In this document: in pieces, positions 1 to 9,320 of the stretch
Layout of the letters: each line of letters opens with the position of its first letter
Numbering within the stretch: the stretch's first letter is position 1
Origin: an uncultured Rhodobacteraceae bacterium
GTDB taxonomy: Bacteria; Pseudomonadota; Alphaproteobacteria; Rhodobacterales; Rhodobacteraceae
Assembly: GCA_937944395.1 (NCBI GenBank)
Contig: CALDYW010000031.1
Span: 1-56,688 of the forward strand
Direction: 5' to 3'
DNA length: 56,688 nucleotides
Position numbers and translations under genes: made by a program
The notes under the pieces: generated by a model
The model's database searches: none
What the model was told of the DNA's origin: nothing
What the model saw: only the letters and a program-made list of their open reading frames with translations

Positions 1-843
1 GAGGCGCCGCCCGAGGTGCTCACCGAGGCACCCGCGGGCATCGGCCAGCCGGCCGGAATGCCGGGCAGCGCGGCAGCCGAGATCCCGACCCAGCGCCTGC
101 CGCGGATCGGCGACCCCCCGCCCGAGGCGCAGGCGCCCGCCGCGCCCGCCGCCGCGGCCGAGGCCCCGGCCAGGGCGCTCGACCGCTATGCCGTTGCCTT
201 CGAGAACCCGGACGGGCGGCCGCTGCTCGGGGTGATCCGGATCGACATCGGGCCCGCGGGCCTCGACCGCGCGGCGCTGGCCACGCTGCCCTTTCCGGTG
301 ACCTTCGCCATTCCCGCCGGCCGGGCCGACGCGGCCGAGGCCGCCGCAGCCCACCGCGCCGCCGGGCACGAGGTGGTGATCCTCGCCGAGGGCCTGCCCC
401 CCGGCGCGACCGCCGCCGATATCGAAGTCGCCTTCGGCGTGTTCCGGTCGGCGGTGCCCGAGGCGGTTGCGGTGCTCGACGCCCCCCGGGGCGGCTTCCA
501 GGGCGACCGCACGGCGGCGGGGCAGGTGGCGCTGATCCTCGCCGACAGCGGCATGGGTCTGATCCTCCACGACCGCGGGCTCAACACCGCCGCCCAGCTC
601 GCCGCCCGTGCCGGGGTTCCCGCCGCCCTGGTGTTCCGCGACCTCGACGGACAGGACGAGAACCCGGCCACGATCCGCCGCTATCTCGACCGCGCGGTGT
701 TCAAGGCCGGCCAGGACGGCCGGGTTCTGGTGCTCGGCCGCACCCGGCCCGAAACCGTGACGGCGCTGTTCTCCTGGGCGATGGAGGGCCGCGCCGAGAC
801 GGTGGCCTTCGCGCCGGTGTCGGCCTTCCTGCGCGGGAACTGA
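1..843 (+). CDS. divergent polysaccharide deacetylase family protein (YibQ-like), 5'-partial at window edge
   Basis: The frame is open from base 1 to the TGA at 841-843. The Pro/Ala-rich linker is followed by ...LPFPVTFAIPAGR...AAGHEVVILAEGLP...LVLGRTRPETV..., which resembles the YibQ/PF04748 fold. The GTG at 16 is only the first in-window start. Confidence 0.6.
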   Translation, partial: EAPPEVLTEAPAGIGQPAGMPGSAAAEIPTQRLPRIGDPPPEAQAPAAPAAAAEAPARALDRYAVAFENPDGRPLLGVIRIDIGPAGLDRAALATLPFPVTFAIPAGRADAAEAAAAHRAAGHEVVILAEGLPPGATAADIEVAFGVFRSAVPEAVAVLDAPRGGFQGDRTAAGQVALILADSGMGLILHDRGLNTAAQLAARAGVPAALVFRDLDGQDENPATIRRYLDRAVFKAGQDGRVLVLGRTRPETVTALFSWAMEGRAETVAFAPVSAFLRGN

Positions 844-859
844 GGCGGGGCAGGGCCTC

Positions 860-1210
860 GGGTGCCTTGCCCCCGGGTCGCCGGCGAGCGGCGCTGCGGC
901 CATCCCGGGGACAGCCCTGCACGCTGCGATCTGGCGGAGCCTCTCGGACATCGGGACGGCGTTGCACAACTTCGGCCCTGCGATCGCGCATCCCGCCTTC
1001 CGGCGCGCGCGAGAGGATCGCGAGGCGCCGGTGCGCGTCATCTGCGCGCAGGCTGCGGTCGAGTTCTTCGGCCTCGTCTTCACCGCCTTGCCGATGCCGC
1101 CCGCGGTCGGCCTCTGGCGTCGCGGGGTGATGCGGGGGATGCGGGGGCGGGGGCGGTGCGGATCCCCGAGCTGCTCGCCGGGATGTCGGCCCGGCGGCGC
1201 CGAGTCCTCT
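860..1210 (+). pseudogene. decayed fragment homologous to the 5' end (plus upstream leader) of the TRAP small-permease gene at 3864-4751
   Basis: By-eye nucleotide alignment to the reverse complement of ~4440-4790. Shared strings include ggcgctgcggccatc.cggggacagcc, gcgatctgg, aacttcggcc, gtcgagttcttc, gtcttcaccgcctt and gtcggcctctggcg.cgcggggtgatg. The ATG equivalent is CTG at 917-919, and homology continues only after a frameshift near 1140. Confidence 0.7.
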
Positions 1211-1488
1211 TCCCGCAGCCGGCCCGGCGCGGCGACATCGCGGCGCCGGTCGCTCCGGACCGGCCGAACCGCCGCTCCGACCGCCGCCGTGTGGCGACGA
1301 TCCTGCCTCTCGCCGGACTGCGCGGTCCGGCGGGCGACACCGGCCGTGCGCCGCGCCGCTGCGATCCGAGGGCCCTGCGCGCCCTGCGCGCCGGTCAGGT
1401 TCCGCTGCCGGGCCGGCCCCGCACCGGGAGGGAAGACCTCAGGGGATTGCCGGCGCGGCATGGACCGGTGCGGCCGGGCCGGCCGCGG

Positions 1489-3849
1489 CTACCGCATCAG
1501 GTCGGGCACGATGGTGACGATCCCCGGGAACAGCCAGAGGATCCCGAGCGCCAGCACCTGGATCGCGACGAAGGGAACGATGCCGCGGTAGATGTGCCCG
1601 GTCGTCACGCCCTTCGGCGCCACGCCGCGCAGGTAGAACAGCGCGAAGCCGAAGGGCGGCGTCAGGAACGAGGTCTGGAGGTTCACGGTGATCATGATCG
1701 TCACCCACTTCGGGTCCATCGTGCCGCCGTAGATCACCGGGCCGACGATCGGCACGACGATGTAGATGATCTCGAGGAAGTCGAGCACGAAGCCGAGGAC
1801 GAACAGGATCAGCATCACGATCAGGAACACCACCCATTCCCGGTCGAAGGCGCGCAGGAAATCCTGGATGTAGGCCTCGCCGCCGAAGGAGATCACCACG
1901 AGGTTGAGCAGCTGCGAGCCGATCAGGATGGTGAACACCATCGAGGTGACCTTGGCGGTCTCGCGCACCACCGGGCTCAGCACCGCGGTGCGCCAGAGCA
2001 CCCAGCAGGAATAGAGGATGCCGAACATCGCGAAGTGGTAGGCGCCCTGCGCGACGAGGAAGGCCACCCATTGCTCGAAGGTCGTTCCGGCAAGGTTCAC
2101 GCGCAGGTCGAAGTTCACGCCGACCAGCAGCATGATGACGACGGCGAAGGAGGTCCAGATCACGATCCGGCCCGACTTCTGCTGGTCCCTCAGCTTGCGG
2201 TAGGCCGCCAGCATGATCGCCCCGCCCGCGCCCAGCGCGGCGGCAGGGGTGGGGTTCGTCACCCCCCCGAGGATCGAGCCCAGCACCGCCACGATCAGCA
2301 CGAGCGGCGGGAACACCACCCGGATCAGGTCGTTGCGCGCGAGGCAGGCGGCCGCATGCCGCAGCGCCCAGAGGCAGATCGCGGCGGGGACGGCGAGGAT
2401 CAGGACGGTGCGCCCGGGCGAGTCGGTCGGCGCGATGAGGGCGGCATCGGCCAGAAAGGCGAGGGCGACGCCGAGAAGCCCGATCCAGATCGGGCGCGGA
2501 TCGGCCGAGGGCGCGACCCCGCGCGCGGTGGTGAACAAGAGCGCCGCGAGCCCGAACAGCACCGCGACGCCGGTGCCCACCGGGGCGATGGCGGCCAGAT
2601 GCGCGGCGCGGGCGGCCTCGAGTTCCTCGGGCGTGCGTTCCTGCGCCCGGGTCACGCCGCCGCCGGCCTCGATCGCCGCCTGCTGGGCGACCGCCTCGTC
2701 CCAGCGCGCCTGTCCGTGCAGCGCGATCATCGACTCGCGGCACTCGGGCGAGACGTTGGTGCGCAGCGTGGCGGCCGGTCCTGCCTGGGTGAAGCTGCCC
2801 ACCGTCAGATCCTGGCTGCCGACCAGCCCGAGCTGACCGGCGAGGATCAGCCCGCCGATCAGGGCGACCGGCGCGGCCAGGAACCAGCCAAGCGCCTCGG
2901 TGCGGCCGATGACCTCGCGCGTCGCGCCGCGCTCCTGCCCGATCTGCACCGGCGGCGCCTTGGACGGATTGAGCAGCGCGAACCCGAAGGCATAGAGGCC
3001 GTAGAGCACGGCCAGGAACACGCCCGGCAGGATCGCGGCCTGGAACAGCGTGCCGACCGACACCACCGCCGCCTCGCCGAGATAGGTCAGCGCGTCGGAA
3101 CAGCCTGCCGCCCTCGCGCGGAGTTCCTGGGCCGAGGAATAGATGTCGCCCGCCAGCGTGCCGAGCAGCACGATCACGATCGAGGGCGGGATGATCTGGC
3201 CGAGCGTGCCCGAGGCCGCGATCACCCCCGTCGCCAGTTCCGGCGAATAGTTGTTGCGCAGCATGGTCGGCAGGGCGAGCAGGCCCATCGTCACCACCGT
3301 CGCCCCGACGATGCCGGTCGAGGCGGCAAGGAAGGCGCCGACGACGACGATCGCCACCGCAAGGCCGCCGGGCAGCGGCCCGAACACCCGCGCCATCGTG
3401 GTCAGCAGGTCGTTGGCGATCTGCGAGCGTTCCAGCACGATGCCCATCAGCACGAACATGGCGACGGCAAGCAGCGTCTCGATCGACTGCCCGGCGATCA
3501 CCTTCTCGTTCATGCGGTTGACGATGAAGGCAAGGTTGCGCTCGAGCGCGACCTGCCAGCCGTCGGGGAACAGCGGCACCTCGATGCGCGGCAGTTCGGG
3601 GTAGCGAAAGATCGAGATGGTCAGCGGATTGACGCCCTCCGCCACCAGCGACCGGAACATCTCCGACCCGGTGTCGGCTGCCTGGTGGATCATGAGGCCC
3701 GCGGAATCGAGCGCCGCGATGATCGCGAACGAGATCACCGCGGCGCCGCCGATGGCGAAGGCGACCGGAAACCCCGTCATGATCCCGCCGAACAGGCAGA
3801 GGAAGACGATGATCAGGCCGACCTCGATGCCGTCCAGTCCGAAAATCAT
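1489..3849 (-). CDS. TRAP transporter large permease (DctM family, COG4664-like), unusually long at 786 aa
   Basis: Polytopic membrane protein. DctM-like N- and C-terminal halves: ...GIVGATVVTMGLLALPTMLRNNYSPELATGVIAASGTLGQIIPPS... and ...FGFALFYLRGVAP.... It lies directly downstream of the small-permease and binding-protein genes. Confidence 0.9.
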   Translation of the reverse strand: MIFGLDGIEVGLIIVFLCLFGGIMTGFPVAFAIGGAAVISFAIIAALDSAGLMIHQAADTGSEMFRSLVAEGVNPLTISIFRYPELPRIEVPLFPDGWQVALERNLAFIVNRMNEKVIAGQSIETLLAVAMFVLMGIVLERSQIANDLLTTMARVFGPLPGGLAVAIVVVGAFLAASTGIVGATVVTMGLLALPTMLRNNYSPELATGVIAASGTLGQIIPPSIVIVLLGTLAGDIYSSAQELRARAAGCSDALTYLGEAAVVSVGTLFQAAILPGVFLAVLYGLYAFGFALLNPSKAPPVQIGQERGATREVIGRTEALGWFLAAPVALIGGLILAGQLGLVGSQDLTVGSFTQAGPAATLRTNVSPECRESMIALHGQARWDEAVAQQAAIEAGGGVTRAQERTPEELEAARAAHLAAIAPVGTGVAVLFGLAALLFTTARGVAPSADPRPIWIGLLGVALAFLADAALIAPTDSPGRTVLILAVPAAICLWALRHAAACLARNDLIRVVFPPLVLIVAVLGSILGGVTNPTPAAALGAGGAIMLAAYRKLRDQQKSGRIVIWTSFAVVIMLLVGVNFDLRVNLAGTTFEQWVAFLVAQGAYHFAMFGILYSCWVLWRTAVLSPVVRETAKVTSMVFTILIGSQLLNLVVISFGGEAYIQDFLRAFDREWVVFLIVMLILFVLGFVLDFLEIIYIVVPIVGPVIYGGTMDPKWVTIMITVNLQTSFLTPPFGFALFYLRGVAPKGVTTGHIYRGIVPFVAIQVLALGILWLFPGIVTIVPDLMR

Positions 3850-3863
3850 GGATGATCAGCCCT

Positions 3864-4751
3864 TCAATGCGCAGCCGGGGACTCTTCCGCGCCGAGCCGG
3901 TCGCGCGACAGGTGGCGGCCCTCGCTCGCCTCGCCCTCGACGAAATTGAGATAGGACCGGTAGAACACGGCGATCGCCTGCAGGAACACCAGCCCCGCGA
4001 ACACGACGATCAGCACCTTGAACAGGAAATAGGCGTCGAACCCGTTCGGCGAGAAGCCGATGGTCTCGACGTTCCAGCGCATGGCGCGGCTCTGGCTGAG
4101 CAGCCGGTCGAGCGGGGCCGAGGCGTTGGGATTCGGCACGACCAGGTTCCGCCACATGAAGAACCAGCCGTAAAGCCATATGATCGTTGCCATCGGCATC
4201 ATGAACAGGATCGCCCCGACCATGTCGATGAGCTTGCGCGTGCGATAGCTGACCTGCGAATAGATCAGGTCCACCCGCACATGCCCGCCCTGCACGAAGG
4301 TGTAGGAGACGCACAGGCAGATGATCAGCGCGTTGTAGAGCTTGAGCTCCTCGGACCACCACGACAGGTCGCGCGCGAAGGTGACGCCGAAGGGCCCGAT
4401 CTCGATTGCCGAGACGCGGAAGATACGCTGCAGGAAGACGATCATGATCTGCTGCAGCACCATCACGAGCGCGGCCCAGGCGAAGGTGCGCCCGAGGCCG
4501 TTCGCCAGCCCCTCGAGCACCCGAACCGCCCCCCACATCACCCCGCGCCGCCAGAGGCCGACGGCGGTCAGCACCAGGAAGGCGGTGAAGACGACGAAGA
4601 AGAACTCGACCGAGGCGCCGTAATAGATGAAGCGCGCCAGCGCCTCGCGATTCCCCCAGGCCAGCCAGGAGGCGGGATGCGTGACCGCATGGCCGAAGTT
4701 GTAGAACGCCATCCCGATGTTCGAGATGACCCACCAGATCGCGTCGAGCAT
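3864..4751 (-). CDS. TRAP transporter small permease (DctQ family, COG4665-like)
   Basis: 295-aa hydrophobic protein between the binding-protein and large-permease genes. Its stop is 14 nt before the dctM-like ATG. Confidence 0.85.
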   Translation of the reverse strand: MLDAIWWVISNIGMAFYNFGHAVTHPASWLAWGNREALARFIYYGASVEFFFVVFTAFLVLTAVGLWRRGVMWGAVRVLEGLANGLGRTFAWAALVMVLQQIMIVFLQRIFRVSAIEIGPFGVTFARDLSWWSEELKLYNALIICLCVSYTFVQGGHVRVDLIYSQVSYRTRKLIDMVGAILFMMPMATIIWLYGWFFMWRNLVVPNPNASAPLDRLLSQSRAMRWNVETIGFSPNGFDAYFLFKVLIVVFAGLVFLQAIAVFYRSYLNFVEGEASEGRHLSRDRLGAEESPAAH

Positions 4752-4835
4752 GGCTGTCCCCGAGATGGCCGCAGCGCCGGCACCGCCGGTGCCCGGGGCG
4801 GCGCCGCGCGCCCCCCGGGTGTCAGGCGCGGGACG

Positions 4836-5921
4836 TCAGCCCAGCACGCGGTCGCGCTGCATCCGGTAGGTGCCTTCCGAGGTCTGGATCCAGCCCGAGG
4901 AGGCGCGCATCGAGGTCATGGCGCTGTCGTAGATGCGCTTGAACAGCTCGTCGCCCATGTTCTCCTGCAGCACCTCGTTGGCGGCGCGCCCGAAGGCGTC
5001 CCAGACGGCATCCGAGAAGGTCCGGATCTCGACGCCCGCGGCCTGCAGCCGCTGCAGCGCCGCCCCGTTCTCCTTCAGGAACTGCGACAGGTTCCACTGG
5101 TGCGCCTCGGCGGCGGCGATCTCGATGATCTTCTGCTGGGCCGGCGTCAGGCTCTCCCAGACGTCGAGGTTGGTGGTCAGGCTCAGGCCCGCCCCCGGTT
5201 CGTGGAAACCGGCGGTGTAGTAGATCTTGGTGATCTCCTGGAAGCCGGCCTTCTCGTCGGCCCAAGGGCCGATCCATTCGGTGCCGTCGAGCGCGCCCGA
5301 GGAGAGCGCCTGATAGACCTCGCCGCCGGGGATGTTCTGGACGCTCGCGCCGAGCTTGCCCAGCGCCCGCCCGCCGAGGCCGGGCATGCGGAACTTCAGG
5401 CCCTGGAAGTCCTCGGGGCTGTTGATCTCGCGCCGGAACCAGCCGCCCGCCTGGGCGCCGGTGTTGCCTGCGAGGAAGCCCTTGAGGCCGAAGATCTCGT
5501 TCAGCTCGTTGTGCAGTTCGTGGCCGCCGTCGTGGTAGTACCAGTTGGCAAGCTCCTGCGCCGTCATGCCGAAGGGCACGGCGGTGAAGAAGGCATAGGC
5601 CGGATGCTGGTTGACCCAGTAGTAGTCGGCGCCGTGATACATGTCGGCCTGGCCCGAGGTCACCGCGTCGAACACCTCGAAGGCGCCGACGAGTTCGTTG
5701 GCGGCCTTCAGGTCGATGGTCAGCTGGCCGTCGCTCATCGCCATGATCGACTCGGCGACATGCTGGGCGGCGTCGTGCACCCCGGCCGCACCGCGCGCCC
5801 AGGTGGTGACCAGCGTGAGCGTGCGGTTGCCCTGCGCATAGAGCGGTGCGGCAAGCGCCGTGGCGGCGGCGGCCGTGGTGCCGCCGACCGCGGCCTTCGT
5901 CAGAAACGAGCGACGGTCCAT
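4836..5921 (-). CDS. TRAP transporter substrate-binding protein (DctP-type, COG4663-like) with Tat signal
   Basis: N-terminus MDRRSFLTKAAVGG...APLYAQG (twin-arginine signal). A GGAGGA lies upstream of the ATG. The body matches the TRAP periplasmic binding family by motif. Confidence 0.9.
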   Translation of the reverse strand: MDRRSFLTKAAVGGTTAAAATALAAPLYAQGNRTLTLVTTWARGAAGVHDAAQHVAESIMAMSDGQLTIDLKAANELVGAFEVFDAVTSGQADMYHGADYYWVNQHPAYAFFTAVPFGMTAQELANWYYHDGGHELHNELNEIFGLKGFLAGNTGAQAGGWFRREINSPEDFQGLKFRMPGLGGRALGKLGASVQNIPGGEVYQALSSGALDGTEWIGPWADEKAGFQEITKIYYTAGFHEPGAGLSLTTNLDVWESLTPAQQKIIEIAAAEAHQWNLSQFLKENGAALQRLQAAGVEIRTFSDAVWDAFGRAANEVLQENMGDELFKRIYDSAMTSMRASSGWIQTSEGTYRMQRDRVLG

Positions 5922-6385
5922 GGGTCGCGAGTCCTCCCTGTTGCGCGCCCGGCCCTCTGTCCGGGCGGATCGTTTCGGTTCGCGGAAGCTAGCCCGAGCC
6001 GCGCCGGCGGCAAATACTCAAACACGCCGGAAGGTGACGAAATCGCACGGGACGCGGCTTCGGCGGGCGGCGGTGCCGCCCGCGGCGGCAGCGCGGGCGC
6101 GGGTCCGCCGGCTGCTGCCACCGGTCGCGGCGCCCCTCCGCCGGACTGCCCGCGCCTTGCGGCGGCGGCCTTGCGGCCAGGTCCGGTCTGTGAAGCGCAA
6201 GACGGCCCGGATCCGGACGGCAACAAGCCGCACGCGGCAGCCTGCGGCGCGCACCCCCGGCGACGGAGCGGCGCGGCGCCGGGGGCAGGGGGAAGCGGAC
6301 GGGTTTCCGGCGGGGCGGTCCTTGCAACGCCGCGATCGGTTCCCACCTCACGACGGGCCGCGGGGGCGCGGCGCGGGGGATCCAC

Positions 6386-7303
6386 ATGACCGTGCTTCTG
6401 ATCGGGCTCGGCCTCGCCGGGCTGTTCTTCGGCGGCGACTGGCTGGTGCGGGGGGCGGCGGGGATCGCGCGGCGCTTCCGGGTTCCGCCACTCGTGATCG
6501 GGCTGACCATTGTCGGCTTCGGCACCTCCACCCCGGAACTCCTGGTCTCGCTGCAGGCGGCGCTGCGCGAGGCGCCCGGGATCGCGATCGGCAACGTGAT
6601 CGGTTCGAACACCGCCAACATCCTGCTGATCCTCGGGATCTCGGCCCTGATCGGACCGCTCACGGCCGGTTTTGCGGGGCTGCGGCGCGACCTCGTCTGG
6701 ATGCTGGGCGCCACGCTGGCCACCGTGCCGGCGTTCTGGAGCGGCTTCGTCGGCCGCGCCGAGGGCGCGTTGATGGTCGCCGGCATCCTCGCCTACATCG
6801 CCGTCTGCCTGCGACAGGCGGGCTCGGTTCCCCTGCCCGAGGGAGCGGCGCCGCCGGTCCGGCGCGCGGCCCTCCTGACCCTGGCGGGGCTGGTTGCGGT
6901 CCTGGTCGGCGCCCGTCTGCTCGTGGACGGGGCGACCGAGGTCGCCCGTGCCCTCGGGGTCGGCGAGGCGGTGATCGGACTGACCATCGTGGCCGTCGGC
7001 ACCTCGTTGCCGGAACTGGCCACCTCGGCCATGGCGGCCGTCCGCGGCGCGCGCGACATCGCGCTCGGCAACGTCATCGGGTCGAACATCTTCAACGTGC
7101 TCGCGATCCTCGGGCTGACCGCGCTGGTGGCGCCGATCCCGGTGGAGCCGCGGTTCCTGTCGCTGGACGTGCCGGTGATGATCGCCGCCTCGTTCGGCCT
7201 TGCCGGCCTGGTCGCGTTCGGGGGCGGCATCGGGCGGCTTGCGGGGGCGGGACTGCTGCTGGCCTATGCGGCCTATGTGGGCTTCGCGATGCCGGCCGGC
7301 TGA
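6386..7303 (+). CDS. CaCA family Ca2+/Na+ antiporter (YrbG-like)
   Basis: Two alpha-repeat motifs, GTSTPELLVSL and GTSLPELATS, each followed by GNVIGSN. About 10 TM segments. Confidence 0.9.
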   Translation: MTVLLIGLGLAGLFFGGDWLVRGAAGIARRFRVPPLVIGLTIVGFGTSTPELLVSLQAALREAPGIAIGNVIGSNTANILLILGISALIGPLTAGFAGLRRDLVWMLGATLATVPAFWSGFVGRAEGALMVAGILAYIAVCLRQAGSVPLPEGAAPPVRRAALLTLAGLVAVLVGARLLVDGATEVARALGVGEAVIGLTIVAVGTSLPELATSAMAAVRGARDIALGNVIGSNIFNVLAILGLTALVAPIPVEPRFLSLDVPVMIAASFGLAGLVAFGGGIGRLAGAGLLLAYAAYVGFAMPAG

Positions 7304-7379
7304 GGCCCGGAACGGCCGGATCGGGAAAGAAAATTGCCGAACCGCCCCCCGCCGCGACACATTTTGCGCCGATTCCCCG

Positions 7380-7408
7380 TTGACGCTCTCCGGTGCCCTT
7401 CCTAATGT
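7380..7408 (+). promoter_or_regulatory. sigma70-like promoter for the ilv leader and ilvBN
   Basis: TTGACG (7380-7385), a 17-nt spacer, then TAATGT (7403-7408). Confidence 0.5.
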
Positions 7409-7435
7409 CCGGCCCGGAAGAGAAGGAACGCACCC

Positions 7436-7483
7436 TTGGATCGCATCCTGGACGTGGTAGGGGACGGGCGCATGGGCCGGTGA
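7436..7483 (+). CDS. candidate ilv leader peptide (M)DRILDVVGDGRMGR
   Basis: TTG start 7 nt after AGAAGGAA. Ile-Leu-Asp-Val-Val codons at 7445-7459, stop at 7481-7483. It sits between the promoter and the terminator hairpin. Confidence 0.35.
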   Translation: MDRILDVVGDGRMGR

Positions 7484-7508
7484 CACGGAACCCCGTGGCC
7501 CCCCCTGC

Positions 7509-7537
7509 GCCCCCGACGACCTCGGGGGCTTTTTGTT
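7509..7537 (+). terminator. intrinsic terminator / attenuator upstream of ilvB
   Basis: gcccccga (7509-7516), loop cgacc, tcgggggc (7522-7529), followed by TTTTTGTT. It lies about 25 nt before the ilvB start. Confidence 0.7.
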
Positions 7538-7562
7538 GCCGGACGCATGGAGGACCGGAACG

Positions 7563-9320
7563 ATGTCGCGGCAGATGACCGGCGCGCGGATGGTGGTGCA
7601 GGCGTTGAAGGACCAGGGCGTCGAGGTGGTCTTCGGCTACCCCGGCGGCGCGGTCCTGCCGATCTACGACGAACTGTTCCAGCAGGACGAGATCCGCCAC
7701 ATCCTGGTGCGGCACGAACAGGGTGCGGTCCACATGGCCGAGGGCTATGCCCGCTCCACCGGCCGGGTCGGCGTCGTGCTGGTGACCTCGGGCCCGGGGG
7801 CGACGAACGCCGTCACCGGAATGGTCGATGCGCTGATGGACTCGATCCCGATCGTCGTGCTGACCGGACAGGTGCCGACCTTCATGATCGGCGCCGACGC
7901 CTTCCAGGAGGCCGACACCGTGGGCATCACCCGGCCCGCGACCAAGCACAACTGGCTGGTGAAGGATACCGAGCGCCTGTCCGAGACGCTGCACCAGGCG
8001 TTCCACGTCGCCCGGTCGGGCCGGCCCGGCCCGGTGCTGGTGGATATCCCGAAGGACGTGCAGTTCGCCACCGGCACCTATGTGCCGCCCGAGCGCGCGC
8101 GCACCGACCACTACCGCCCCCGTGTCGAGGGCGACCCCGAGATGATCGCGCGCCTCGTCGAGGCGATGGAGACGGCGGAGCGGCCGATCTTCTACACCGG
8201 CGGCGGCGTGATCAACTCCGGGCCCCGCGCCTCGGCGCTGCTGCGCGCCTTCGTCGACGAGACCGGGTTTCCGATCACCTCGACGCTGATGGGCCTCGGC
8301 GCCTATCCGGCCAGCGGGAAGAACTGGCTGGGGATGCTCGGGATGCACGGGCTCTACGAGGCGAACCTGGCGATGCACGGCTGCGACCTGATGATCAACG
8401 TCGGCGCCCGCTTCGACGACCGCATCACCGGCCGCATCGCCGATTTCAGCCCGCGCTCGCGCAAGGCGCACATCGACATCGACCCTTCGTCGATCAACAA
8501 GGTGATCCGCACCGAGATGCCGATCGTGGGCGATGTGGCGCATGTGCTCGACGCCGCGCTTGCGCTGTGGCGGTCGCGCGGCGGCCGCACCAACCGCGAG
8601 GGTCTGGCGCGCTGGTGGGCGCAGATCGCGGAATGGCGCAAGGTCGACTGCCTGCGCTATCGCAACTCGGCAACCACGATCAAGCCGCAGTACGCGCTGC
8701 AACGGCTCGAGGCGCTGACCCGCGACCATCCGCGGCGCTACGTCTGCACCGAGGTCGGCCAGCACCAGATGTGGGCGGCGCAGTTCATGGGCTTCGAGGA
8801 ACCGAACCGCTGGATGACGAGCGGGGGCCTCGGCACCATGGGCTACGGCCTGCCGGCCTCGATCGGCGTGCAGATCGCCCATCCGGACGCGCTGGTGATC
8901 AACGTGGCCGGCGAGGCCAGCTGGCTGATGAACATGCAGGAGATGGGCACGGCGGTGCAGTTCCGCACCCCGGTCAAGCAGTTCATCCTGAACAACGAGC
9001 GCCTGGGCATGGTGCGCCAGTGGCAGGAACTGCTGCACGGCGAGCGCTATTCCCATTCCTGGTCCGATGCGCTTCCGGATTTCGTGAAGCTCGCCGAGGC
9101 CTTCGGCTGCAAGGGGATCAAGTGCGACAACCCGGCCGACCTCGATGATGCGATCCGCGAGATGCTGGCCTATCCCGGGCCGGTCATCTTCGACTGCCTG
9201 GTGGAGAAGCACGAGAACTGCTTCCCGATGATCCCGAGCGGAAAGCCGCACAACGAGATGCTGCTGGGCGAGGCGGAGACGCAAGGCGCGATCGGCGCCG
9301 AGGGCGGCGTGCTGGTGTGA
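7563..9320 (+). CDS. ilvB: acetolactate synthase (acetohydroxyacid synthase) large subunit
   Basis: MSRQMTGARMVVQALKDQGVEVVFGYPGGAVLPIYDEL...GPGATNAVTG..., plus the ThDP motif region GLGTMGYGLPASIGV. GGAGG lies 8 nt upstream of the ATG at 7563; the track ORF starts earlier, at 7533. Also known as ilvI. Confidence 0.95.
   Translation: MSRQMTGARMVVQALKDQGVEVVFGYPGGAVLPIYDELFQQDEIRHILVRHEQGAVHMAEGYARSTGRVGVVLVTSGPGATNAVTGMVDALMDSIPIVVLTGQVPTFMIGADAFQEADTVGITRPATKHNWLVKDTERLSETLHQAFHVARSGRPGPVLVDIPKDVQFATGTYVPPERARTDHYRPRVEGDPEMIARLVEAMETAERPIFYTGGGVINSGPRASALLRAFVDETGFPITSTLMGLGAYPASGKNWLGMLGMHGLYEANLAMHGCDLMINVGARFDDRITGRIADFSPRSRKAHIDIDPSSINKVIRTEMPIVGDVAHVLDAALALWRSRGGRTNREGLARWWAQIAEWRKVDCLRYRNSATTIKPQYALQRLEALTRDHPRRYVCTEVGQHQMWAAQFMGFEEPNRWMTSGGLGTMGYGLPASIGVQIAHPDALVINVAGEASWLMNMQEMGTAVQFRTPVKQFILNNERLGMVRQWQELLHGERYSHSWSDALPDFVKLAEAFGCKGIKCDNPADLDDAIREMLAYPGPVIFDCLVEKHENCFPMIPSGKPHNEMLLGEAETQGAIGAEGGVLV

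Noticed and set aside
862-3855. 997-aa plus-strand ORF. Similar giant ORFs include 20914-27432 (2172 aa), 7092-9689, 10248-12395, 31604-34333, 37195-39177, 47722-50490 and 50605-52779.
   Set aside because: All are antisense to, or out of frame with, well-supported genes. Their translations are Arg/Gly/Pro/Ala/Asp-rich low-complexity strings with no family motifs. This is typical of stop-codon-poor alternative frames in very GC-rich DNA.
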